Source of the DNA: an uncultured Candidatus Rokubacteria bacterium
Lineage (GTDB): Bacteria > Methylomirabilota > Methylomirabilia > Rokubacteriales > CSP1-6
Length of the DNA: 64,000 bases
Assembly: GCA_963758635.1 (NCBI GenBank)
Contig: CAVWWD010000008.1
Span: 992,001 to 1,056,000, forward strand
Reading direction: 5' to 3'
The position numbers and the translations under genes were made by a program. Below, in pieces: positions 55,587 through 64,000 of the stretch. The notes under the pieces were generated by a model. It made no database searches. It was not told where the DNA came from and worked only from the letters and a program-made list of their open reading frames with translations. Every line of letters starts with the position of its first letter. Positions within the stretch are counted from its first letter, which is position 1.

Positions 55587-56483
55587 ATGGGACTGCTCGA
55601 CGGGAAGGTGGCCGTGGTCACGGGGGCGGGAAGCGGCATCGGGCGCGGCGTGGCGCTGGGCCTGGCCGCGGCGGGCGCCCAGGTCGTGGTGGGCGACTAC
55701 GGGGTGAGCGTGGACGGCCGCGATCCGTCCAGCGAGCCCGCGAACAAGGTCGTCAAGGAGATCCAGGCCAAAGGCGGCCAGGCGGTGGCCGCGGCGGAGA
55801 ACGTGGCGACGATGGCGGGGGGCCGCGCGATGGTCGACGCGGCCATCTCGACCTTCGGCGACCTCCACATCGTGGTGTGCTGCGCGGGCATCCTGCGCGA
55901 GCGGATGATCTTCAACATGACCGAGGAGGAGTGGGACGCGGTGGTCGCCGTCCACCTCAAGGGCCACTTCACGCTCATGCAGCCGGCCACGCGCCACATG
56001 CGGGAAAAGCGCGCCGGGAGCATCATCACGTTCACCTCGACGGCCGGGCTCGAGGGGAGCCCCGGTCAGCCGAACTACTCGGCGGCCAAGGAGGGCATCG
56101 TGGGGCTCACGCGCTCCACCGCGCTCGCCATGGCGAAGTACGGCGTGAGGTGCAACTGCATCTCGCCCACCGCCGACACCCGGATGACCCAGCGCCTGCC
56201 CGAGGACCGGAAGGGCGTGGCCACCGCCACCCCCGCCGAGGCGATCGCCCCCGTCGTGGCCTTCCTGGGCAGCGACCGCGCCGCCCACATCACGGGGCAG
56301 GTGATCGGCGTCCGGGGCAACGAGGTCTCGCTCTGGTCGCACCCGAAGGCCACACGTGCCGTGACCAGCCAGGAGCCGTGGACTCCGGAGGCCCTGGCCG
56401 ACGTCTACGACGGCGCGCTCGGGCAGGACCGGCTGCGCCGGCTGGACGTCATGAACATCCAGTGGCCGCCAAAGTCATCGTGA
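55587..56483 (+). CDS. SDR oxidoreductase (hydroxyacyl-CoA dehydrogenase-like)
   Basis: TGAGSGIG, AGILRERM, VHLKGHF, NYSAAKEG. Confidence 0.9.
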   Translation: MGLLDGKVAVVTGAGSGIGRGVALGLAAAGAQVVVGDYGVSVDGRDPSSEPANKVVKEIQAKGGQAVAAAENVATMAGGRAMVDAAISTFGDLHIVVCCAGILRERMIFNMTEEEWDAVVAVHLKGHFTLMQPATRHMREKRAGSIITFTSTAGLEGSPGQPNYSAAKEGIVGLTRSTALAMAKYGVRCNCISPTADTRMTQRLPEDRKGVATATPAEAIAPVVAFLGSDRAAHITGQVIGVRGNEVSLWSHPKATRAVTSQEPWTPEALADVYDGALGQDRLRRLDVMNIQWPPKSS

Positions 56484-56601
56484 TCGGGGGGAGCGACCGC
56501 CGCTCCCCCCGATAGCCCCCCAACGATTCCCGCCGCGCGCAGCCGGCGCTTCCGGAAGGGCGCAGCAAGGCCCCGGCGGATCACGCCGGGGCCTTTGTTT
56601 T
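56483..56601. terminator. Two hairpins between convergent genes; the second has a T-rich tail (intrinsic terminator-like)
   Basis: ATCGGGGGGAGCG/CGCTCCCCCCGAT (56483-56513); AAGGCCCCGGCG-GATCA-CGCCGGGGCCTT followed by TGTTTT. Confidence 0.6.
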
Positions 56602-56618
56602 CAGTAGCCTACGGAGAT

Positions 56619-57582
56619 CTACTTCAGCCTTGGGTCGAGGGCGTCGCGGAGGCCGTCGCCGAACAGGTTGAAGCCGAGGACGGTCACGAAGATGGCCAGC
56701 CCGGGGAACAGCGAGAGCCACGCATTGGCCTGGATGAAGGACACGTTGGCCTTGAGGTCCCACCCCCAGCTCGGCGTCGGGGGCTGCGTGCCGAGCCCGA
56801 GGAACGACAGCGTGGCCTCCACGATGATCGAGGTGGCGATGCCCAGGCGTGGTGGTCACGATGATCGGGGCCAGGCAGTTGGGCAGCACGTGGCGCAGCA
56901 GGATCACCGGGTCGCGCACGCCCACCGCGCGGGACGCCTCGATGTACTCCTTCTCCTTGATCGAGAGCACGCTGCCCCGCACCAGCCGCGCGTAGATCGG
57001 GATCCGCACGATGGCGATGGCGCCCACGACCTTGATCGTGCCGATCAGGCCCGCGGTCGGAGTGAAGATCACCATGAGGATGATGGCCAGCAGGTAGATC
57101 GGGAACGCGAGGATCAGGTCCATCACCCGCATGATGTACGAGTCGAGGCGCCCGCCGTAGTAGCCCGCGATCAAGCCGAACGGCACCCCCACGAACAGCG
57201 CGAGCAGCACCGACGACACCCCCACCGCCAGCGAGATGCGGGTCCCGTGGATGACCCGGCTCAGCATGTCCCGGCCGAGCTGGTCGGTGCCGAGCGGGTA
57301 GTCGAGGCTCGGGCGCTCGAAGGTGTGGGTTTGATCGCTGGTGATCGGGCTCTGAGGCGCGAGCACGTCGGCGAACAGGGCCACGAAGAGCAGCGCCATC
57401 ACGATGACGAAGCCCACCACCGCGGTGACGCTCTTGCGTAGCCGGCGGACGGCCTGGGCGAACGGCGACTCCGCCCGCGCGGCGTTGCCGCGCACCACGA
57501 CCGGCAGGGGCAGCTCGCTCTCGCTGATCGAGCCACCGCTGATCGGCCGCCGGATGATATCTCTCTCGTCGGGCTGGCTCAT
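56619..57582 (-). CDS. Peptide/nickel ABC permease (DppC-like); frameshift near 56848
   Basis: [27 protein letters not shown]. Confidence 0.9.
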
Positions 57583-57591
57583 GGCGTGTCC

Positions 57592-58566
57592 TCAGGTATA
57601 CCGGATCCGGGGGTCCAGGAACGTGTACGTGAGGTCCACGAAGAGGTTGATGACGACGAAGGCCAGCGCGGTGATGAGGGCGAAGCCCTGCACCTGCTGG
57701 TAGTCCCGCGCGATGATCGCGTCGATGCCGAAGGTGCCGAGCCCGGGCATCGCGAAGAGCGTCTCCACCACGATGGCCCCGCCGATGAGGAAGCCGACCT
57801 GGAGGCCCATCACGGTGACCGTCGGGATCAGGGCGTTCTTGAGCGCGTGCTTGAGCACCACCGGGGTCTCGCTGAGGCCCTTCGCGCGCGCCGTGGTCAC
57901 GTACTCCGTTCGGATGACCTCGAGCATGCTGGCCCGCAGGAGCCGGGTCAGGATGGCCGCGCGGCCGACCCCGAGGGCGAGCGCGGGCATGAGGACGTGC
58001 TGCATGTTGCCCCAGAAGCTCACGCCGCAGACCATCATCGGGCACGTGCCGGGCAGGTACACCCACCCCGAGCTGGGCAGGACCCCGCCGAGGCCGATCG
58101 AAAACACGAGCAGCAGCAGGACGCCGATGAAGAACTCCGGGATGGACACGCCGATCATGGCGATCGAGGTGGCGGTGTAGTCGGCCCAGGTGTTCTGGCG
58201 CAGGGCCCCGACCAGGGCGGCGGGGATGGCGATGACCAGGGCCACCACCATCGACAGGACGATGAGCTCGAGGGTCACGGGCAGGCGCACGAGCACGTCG
58301 GAGAGGACGGGCCGCCCGCTGAGGATCGAGGCGCCCCAGTCGCCCTGGACCAGCTTGCCGAGCCAGATCCCGTACTGCACGATCAGGGGCTTGTCGAGCC
58401 CGTAGGTCTGGCGCGCCTTGATGGCGTCCTCCTCGGTGTACGCGTCACCGAGGAGGGCCACCACGGGATCGCCGGGGATCGAGCGCATCATCAAGAACAC
58501 CACGAAGGTGATCATGAGGATCGTGGGGACGATCTGGACCAGCCGCTTGAGGAAGTAGATCCGCAT
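57592..58566 (-). CDS. Peptide/nickel ABC permease (DppB-like)
   Basis: IPGDP, EYVTTARAKG, HALKNAL, RDYQQVQG. Confidence 0.92.
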   Translation of the reverse strand: MRIYFLKRLVQIVPTILMITFVVFLMMRSIPGDPVVALLGDAYTEEDAIKARQTYGLDKPLIVQYGIWLGKLVQGDWGASILSGRPVLSDVLVRLPVTLELIVLSMVVALVIAIPAALVGALRQNTWADYTATSIAMIGVSIPEFFIGVLLLLVFSIGLGGVLPSSGWVYLPGTCPMMVCGVSFWGNMQHVLMPALALGVGRAAILTRLLRASMLEVIRTEYVTTARAKGLSETPVVLKHALKNALIPTVTVMGLQVGFLIGGAIVVETLFAMPGLGTFGIDAIIARDYQQVQGFALITALAFVVINLFVDLTYTFLDPRIRYT

Positions 58567-58570
58567 GCGG

Positions 58571-60187
58571 TTACTTGTCCAGCCAGACCGTGTCCCAGTG
58601 CACCTCGAACTCCGCGTTGTACGTGTACCCCTTCACCCACGGCTGGGCCACCATGTAGAAGGGCGAGCCGGAGATCACGTTGTAGTACATCTTGTCGGCC
58701 ATGTACTCCAGGAGCTCCTTCGCCAGCGCCTTGCGCTTGGCGTTGTCCGTCTCCCGCGCGTAGCGGGCGTAGTAATCGTCCACCTTCGTGTCGGTGTGCC
58801 GCGGATGGCTCCACGCCGAGGATTTCGTCGACACGTAGGCCGTGGAGAGGTAGCCGTTGCTGTCGATGGTCAGGAGCGACAGCAGGTCCTCCACGTACAT
58901 GTCCCACGGCCCGTCCTGGAGCGTGGTGTTCATCCAGCTCACCTTGTCGACGAGCTTGACGTTCGCGGTGACGCCGATCCGCGCGTACTGCTCCTTGATC
59001 ACGGTGGCGATCACGCCGAAGACGCTCTTCTCGGTGTTGGTCATCAGCTCCAGGGTGAGCGGCTTCGCGGGACCGTAGCCGGCCTCGGCGAGCAGCGCCT
59101 TGGCCTTGGCCTGGTCGTAGGGGCACATGGCGTTGACGTTCACGCTCTCGAGCGTGCCGGGCGGGGCCATCCCGACCCACGGCGTGGCCTGGCCCTTGAA
59201 CGCGATCTTCACGATCTCCTGGCGGTCGATGCCGAAGCAGCCCAGCGCCTTGCGCACGCGCAGGTCGCCCAGGATCGGGTGCGGCACGCGATCCACCGAC
59301 ATGGGCTTGCCGTCCTTGGGCACGGTGACCTTCATCGCCGCGAGCATCGGCGTGGTCTCCTTGCCCGTCATGATCTGGGCCTTCGGGTTCTGAGACCGCA
59401 TGGTGTCGACGTGCTCGGGCGAGAACGAGGCGATGAAGTCGACCTCGCCGGCCTTGAACGCGGCCATCTCGGTGACCGGGTCCTTGATCACGCGGATGAT
59501 GACCTTGTCGACGTGCGGCTGGCCGGGCACGAAGTACTTGTCGAACCGCTCCATGAGGAGGTGGCTGCCCTTGACCCACTCCACGAGCCGGAACGGCCCG
59601 CACCCCACCACCGCGCCCGGCTTGCCCTGCTTGCGGTCCTCCACCGTGTACTTCTGGGTGGCCGCGGGCGAGTAGAGCACGAGGCCCGTGCGGTACGCGG
59701 CGAGCATGTGCAGGAAGAACGCGTAGGGATGCTTGAGCCGCACCTGCACGGTCTGCGGGTCGAGCACCTCGACGCTGTGGACGGGCTCGTAGAACGGCCG
59801 CATGCCGGACTTCGTCGCGGGGTCCATGAGCCGCTCGATGCTGAACTTCACCGCGGCGGCGTCCACGGGCGTGCCGTCGTGGAAGAGGGCGTTCTTCCGG
59901 AGCTTGAAGGTGTAGGTGAGGTGATCGGACGAGGCCTGGAAGGACTCGGCGGCGTCGGGGACGAACTTGCCGTCCGGGGTGATGTTGACGAGGCCGCAGC
60001 CCACGTTCATCGCCACCCACATCATTTCGTAGCCGGGCGCGGTGTGGAAGTCGAGGTTGGCGATCTCGTTGCCGTACGAGACGCGGAGCGTGCCGCCGCG
60101 CTTGGGCGTCTGCGCGTCGGCCAGGCTTCCGATCAGCAGTACGGACACGAAGAGTACGGCGGCGAGCAGGGTGGGTCGGCGAGTCAT
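58571..60187 (-). CDS. ABC substrate-binding protein, family 5
   Basis: Signal peptide, PKRGGTL, LRKNALFHDG, GCGPFRL, YDQAKAKALLAEAG. Confidence 0.9.
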   Translation of the reverse strand: MTRRPTLLAAVLFVSVLLIGSLADAQTPKRGGTLRVSYGNEIANLDFHTAPGYEMMWVAMNVGCGLVNITPDGKFVPDAAESFQASSDHLTYTFKLRKNALFHDGTPVDAAAVKFSIERLMDPATKSGMRPFYEPVHSVEVLDPQTVQVRLKHPYAFFLHMLAAYRTGLVLYSPAATQKYTVEDRKQGKPGAVVGCGPFRLVEWVKGSHLLMERFDKYFVPGQPHVDKVIIRVIKDPVTEMAAFKAGEVDFIASFSPEHVDTMRSQNPKAQIMTGKETTPMLAAMKVTVPKDGKPMSVDRVPHPILGDLRVRKALGCFGIDRQEIVKIAFKGQATPWVGMAPPGTLESVNVNAMCPYDQAKAKALLAEAGYGPAKPLTLELMTNTEKSVFGVIATVIKEQYARIGVTANVKLVDKVSWMNTTLQDGPWDMYVEDLLSLLTIDSNGYLSTAYVSTKSSAWSHPRHTDTKVDDYYARYARETDNAKRKALAKELLEYMADKMYYNVISGSPFYMVAQPWVKGYTYNAEFEVHWDTVWLDK

Positions 60188-60350
60188 GGGCAAGACCTCC
60201 TGGCTGAATGTCGAGCGACGGTCAGGGTGCTGCGGGTGCGCCTTGTGCGCTGAGAACGGGCAACGGGAGGAGCTGCCACTGCCGGGGAAAGCGGCCATCA
60301 GTACCCCCGCGGTCCGCCGGGACGCGGACGCGACGCCGGGCCGTTGCGGG

Positions 60351-60390
60351 AGTGTGCCCTCGGCCCCGGTACCTTTGCAACTGATTTTTT
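60351..60390 (-). promoter_or_regulatory. Candidate sigma70 promoter for the ABC operon
   Basis: Minus strand AAAAAATCAG-TTGCAA-N18-CACACT, ~165 nt upstream of the ATG. Confidence 0.45.
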
Positions 60391-60541
60391 CGCCGTCAGG
60401 TTCCGGGGACGGGGCTGACGCGCGGCGTTAACCGCGCCGGCCGGCCGGCTACCCGTACTGCTCGGGCGCGCCGGCCGGCAGGGCGGCGGGGTGCTACGAT
60501 CGGCGGCATGTCTTCGCGGCTGCCCTCACGGGAGAGAGACC

Positions 60542-61354
60542 ATGACGGACGGACACGCCGCCTTCGTCGGATCGGTCCCGGCCAACTACGACCGGTTCCT
60601 GGGCCCCCTGCTGTTCCACGCCTACGCCGACGACCTGGCGGGGCGCCTGCCCGTGGCCGACGGCATGCGCGTGCTGGAAGTGGCGTGCGGCACCGGCATC
60701 GTCTCCGAGCGCCTCGCGCGGCGTCTGGCCGGCCGGGGCACCCTGGTCGCCACCGACCTGAACGCGGCGATGATCGAGGAGGCGCGGGCGCGCCGAGGCG
60801 GCGCCGGCCATCGAGTGGCGCCCGGCCGACGGCGCCGCGCTGCCCTTCCCTGACGCGAGCTTCGACGCCGTCGTGTGCCAGTTCGGCCTGATGTTCTTCC
60901 CCGACAAGGCGGCGGGGGTCCGCGAGGCATGGCGCGTGCTCCGGCCGGGCGGCCGGTACCTGTTCAACGTGTGGGACGCGATGGAGCGGAACCCGGTGGT
61001 CGCGCTGACCCACGACGACGGCGGCGAGCTTCTTCCCCGCGGACCCGCCGAGCTTCTACACCGTCCCCTACAGTCTCCACGACGTGGCCGTGGTGCGCTC
61101 GCTCCTCGACGCGGCGGGCTTCGTCGACGTCGCTTGCACGCCGGTCGACGCGCGCGGAGAGAGCCCGTCGGCGGCCGACGCGGCGATCGGCCTGCTCGAC
61201 GGCAACCCCATCGGGGCGGCCATCGTGCGAGCGCCGCGCGGATGCGCTCGGGGAGGTGAGGGCGGCGCTGGCGGCGCGCCTCGCCGAGCGTTTCGGGGAC
61301 CGGCCGTTGCGCTCACCGCTCCGCGCCCTCGTCTGGACGGCCCGGCGCCCCTGA
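60542..61354 (+). CDS. Class I SAM-dependent methyltransferase (UbiE-like); several frameshifts
   Basis: FVGSVPANYDRFLGP, VLEVACGTG, LPFPDASFDAVVCQFGLMFFPD, RVLRPGG. Confidence 0.85.
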
Positions 61355-61398
61355 CGGCTCCGGGTCGACGCGGACCCGGCTCCGCCTGCGCGCGGGGC

Positions 61399-62565
61399 TC
61401 AGACGGGGACGGTGATCTCCCGGACGTAGTCGCGACGGAGCGTGAGGCCCAGGCCGGGGCGCGTCGGAGCCAGCACGTGGCCGTCGACCAGCTCGAACCC
61501 CTCCTCCGTCAGCTCGTTCAGCAGCGGGTTCTCGCCCCGTGAGAACTCGACCAGGTTGGCGTTCGGCACCGCGATGCACAGATGCAGGCCGGCCGCGAAC
61601 AGCACCGCGCCTCCCCAGAGATGGGGCGCGACGGTCAGCTCGTGGGCGGCGGCGAGGGCGGCGATCCGGAGCGTCTCGGTGAGGCCTCCCGCGATCGCCA
61701 GGTCCGGCTGGCAGATGTCGACGGCGCGCGCCTCGATGAGGTCACGGAAGGCGAAGCGGGTCTGCTCGCTCTCGCCGGCCGCGATGGGGATGTCGGTAGC
61801 CGCGCGCACCTCGGCCTGGCCGCGCACGTTCTCCGGGGACACGGGCTCCTCGATCCAGCCCAGGTCGTACGGCTCCACCTTGCGGGCGAAGCGCTGCGCG
61901 TCGCGGACGCTCCACGTGCCGTGGGCGTCCACCATGATCCCGATGTCGGGGCCCAGCGCCTCCCGCACCTCGCGCACGCGCGACGCGGAGTCGTCGACGT
62001 TCCGGTCCTGGAGGCCCACGCGCATCTTCACCGCCCGGTGTCCGCGCTCCACGTACTGCAGGAGCTGCTTGCCGATCTGGCCCACCGGCGCCCAGCCACC
62101 CGAGGCGTAGGCCGGCACGCGGTCACGCGACATGCCGCCGAGGAGGCGCCACACCGGCTGGCCGAGCGACTGCCCGAGGAGGTCCCACAGCGCGATGTCC
62201 ACGCCGCTGATCGCGCTCATCGTGATCCCGCGGCGGCCCACGGTGGGGAAGGTGCGGCCCTCGCGGAGCGCGTAGTGGTGGCGCGTGCCCGCGTAGAGGG
62301 TCTCCCAGAGCCGCGTGATGTCGCGCGCGTCCTGACCGACGAGGGCGGGGGCCAGCTCCTCGCGGATCAGCGTGACCACGGCCGCGTAGTTGCCCAGGTT
62401 GCCGACGCCCACCTTGGCCTCGCCGAGCCCGACGAGCCCGGCGTCGGTCTCCACCTCGACCAGGCACGTGTTGAACGAGTCGTTCCGGCCGAAGTCGCTC
62501 ACGTGCGCGCGGTCGGCGGGGATGCGGGCGCGGAGCCACGACGCGCGGACGGCGGTGATCTTCAT
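61399..62565 (-). CDS. Mandelate racemase/muconate lactonizing enzyme family protein
   Basis: SGVDIALWDL, KMRVG, MVDAH, WIEEPV, AAGESE, QPDL, PHLWG. Confidence 0.92.
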   Translation of the reverse strand: MKITAVRASWLRARIPADRAHVSDFGRNDSFNTCLVEVETDAGLVGLGEAKVGVGNLGNYAAVVTLIREELAPALVGQDARDITRLWETLYAGTRHHYALREGRTFPTVGRRGITMSAISGVDIALWDLLGQSLGQPVWRLLGGMSRDRVPAYASGGWAPVGQIGKQLLQYVERGHRAVKMRVGLQDRNVDDSASRVREVREALGPDIGIMVDAHGTWSVRDAQRFARKVEPYDLGWIEEPVSPENVRGQAEVRAATDIPIAAGESEQTRFAFRDLIEARAVDICQPDLAIAGGLTETLRIAALAAAHELTVAPHLWGGAVLFAAGLHLCIAVPNANLVEFSRGENPLLNELTEEGFELVDGHVLAPTRPGLGLTLRRDYVREITVPV

Positions 62566-62595
62566 GGCCAGCTTCCGCGGAGTCTAGCACGCGGG

Positions 62596-62752
62596 CGCGC
62601 GTGGGCGGGGCGGCGGGGAGGCACCAGGGGTCCCGGGGCCACGCCGCACGCGTGCGCTGCCCCGCTGTAGCTGGGCTCCATCCGGGCGCGCTTGGTCCGC
62701 TGACCGATGGAGGGGAAGGGCCCCGGCGACCCCTGGTGCCTCCCCACCGCCC
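62596..62752. repeat. ~150-nt structured intergenic element, copy B
   Basis: GGGGCGGCGGGGAGGCACCAGGGGTC ... GACCCCTGGTGCCTCCCCACCGCCC with the same core as 19732-19888. Confidence 0.88.
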
Positions 62753-62800
62753 ACCGGCCACGCGGGGATGCGCGGCCACCGGGTGATAGCATCGGGGGCC

Positions 62801-64000
62801 GTGAGCGACGCCGCCGGACGGTCCGAGCATAGTCTCGTCGTGCTCCGGCACGACGTGGCCGCGGGCGAGATCGAGGTGCTGCTCGTGAATGGGTCTGGCG
62901 GGTTCACGCTGCCGTGCGTTGACTCCGAGGAGCGGCGGTCGGCGGACGTGCTCGAGCTGAATCGTGTCGCGCGGGCCGCGCTCGGTGTGGAGGTGTCGGT
63001 CCTGTCGTGCCTGGCCGACGAGCCGGGCACGGACGGGCGACCGCGACAGCAGGCCTACGCGCTCGACGTCCACGGCCCGTCGGGCGCGCCGCGCGGCGCC
63101 CGATGGGTCGCGTCGCGAACGCTCGGCGATCTGCCGATCGCAGAGTCACGGCATCGCGGCTGGATCGCCGCGGCGCTCGCGAGCCAGCGCGCAGACGCGG
63201 TGGCGAGAGCGGGGCGGGACTGGGTGGTGGCCGGCTGGCGCGACCGGGCGCTTGCGTGGGCGGAAGCCGCGCTCGCGCCTCACGGGATCGGCGGCGTGGT
63301 CGACGTCGAGCAGGTCCGCCTGTGGGAGTTCTCGAACCTGCTGCGGCTCCGGACGGCGGGCGGGAGCATGTTCTACCTCAAGGCCGTCTCCGAGGCGGGA
63401 CGGCATGAGGTGTGGCTCACGGCGCGGCTCGCCGCCGAGGCCCCGGCGGAGATGCCCGAGGTCATTGCCGCGGACGCGGGACGGCGCTGGCTGCTCCTGC
63501 GCGCGACCGCGGGGCCCCAGCTCACCGAGGTGGCGGAGCCCGCGTCGTGGGTGGACGCCGCCGGCGCCATCGCGCGGATCCAGGTCGCGTGGGTGGGCCG
63601 GGGCGCCGAGCTCCGCGATCTCGGCTGTCCGGCCTACGGGCTTGCCTGGCTCGCCGCCCGGATCGCGCCGCTTCTCGCCGACACCGCGGCGCTCCAGCCC
63701 GTTCACGCCGAGCCTCTGACGGCCGGCGAGGTCGAGCGCCTTCGTGCCCTCGAGCCGGAGCTCCACGCCTTGTGCGCGGAGCTGGCCGCCCTCGGCGTGC
63801 CCGACTCGATCGAGCACGGCGATCTCTGGGGCGACAACGTGATCGTCGACTCCGGAGGCCCCGTCCTGATCGACTGGGAGGACGCGAGCCTGTCGCACCC
63901 GTTCCTGAGCCCGGCGATCCTGTCGCTCCACGCCCGGCTGGTCGGCCCGCCGCTCGACGGCCCGGACACGGCGCGGGCGATCCGCGACGCGTACCTCGCC
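62801..64000 (+). CDS. Aminoglycoside phosphotransferase/choline kinase-like protein with possible degenerate NUDIX-like N-domain; runs off the right edge
   Basis: Open frame from GTG 62801 (absent from the ORF track because no stop is reached): FYLKAV, IEHGDLWGDNV, LIDWEDASLSHPF. Confidence 0.85.
   Translation, partial: MSDAAGRSEHSLVVLRHDVAAGEIEVLLVNGSGGFTLPCVDSEERRSADVLELNRVARAALGVEVSVLSCLADEPGTDGRPRQQAYALDVHGPSGAPRGARWVASRTLGDLPIAESRHRGWIAAALASQRADAVARAGRDWVVAGWRDRALAWAEAALAPHGIGGVVDVEQVRLWEFSNLLRLRTAGGSMFYLKAVSEAGRHEVWLTARLAAEAPAEMPEVIAADAGRRWLLLRATAGPQLTEVAEPASWVDAAGAIARIQVAWVGRGAELRDLGCPAYGLAWLAARIAPLLADTAALQPVHAEPLTAGEVERLRALEPELHALCAELAALGVPDSIEHGDLWGDNVIVDSGGPVLIDWEDASLSHPFLSPAILSLHARLVGPPLDGPDTARAIRDAYLA

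Noticed and set aside
60190..60430. Cobalamin riboswitch upstream of the ABC SBP
   Set aside because: A GCCACTG-like word occurs only on the non-coding strand and the rest of the B12-box architecture is not evident.

Overview
A very GC-rich bacterial window. The gene style suggests a soil/aquifer MAG, possibly Ca. Rokubacteria/Methylomirabilota (inference only). Many genes carry single-base indels that look like long-read consensus errors. Left to right: (1) a K+/Mg2+ island with kimA-like permease and kdpD divergent from small peptide-kdpFABC-mgtE-kdpE; (2) a metabolic block with OM beta-barrel, ttcA, LLM oxidoreductase, thiolase, orphan EmrA, AceE-like E1, CinA-like/NMNAT fusion, DUF2277, glucose dehydrogenase, cupin, STAND-LuxR regulator, GNAT, serine protease, GH63 and gnd; (3) the most interesting locus, a ~10 kb minus-strand putative operon: ROK protein -> alpha/beta-hydrolase-glycosyltransferase fusion -> OsmC -> V4R/H-NOX-like GAF histidine kinase -> REC-degenerate class III cyclase -> sigma54 activator -> SthA, preceded by a near-consensus sigma54 promoter and palindromes; (4) three Dpp/Opp-type ABC sets with no ATPase genes, one split by an apparent insertion (S74 chaperone remnant, AT-richer methyltransferase, LLM); (5) an internally deleted acyl-CoA ligase, SDR, methyltransferase, enolase-superfamily enzyme and an APH-like kinase running off the edge. 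Intergenic regions hold several structured repeat families, including a ~150-nt element present twice with compensatory base changes. No rRNA, tRNA, CRISPR array or transposase was recognised.
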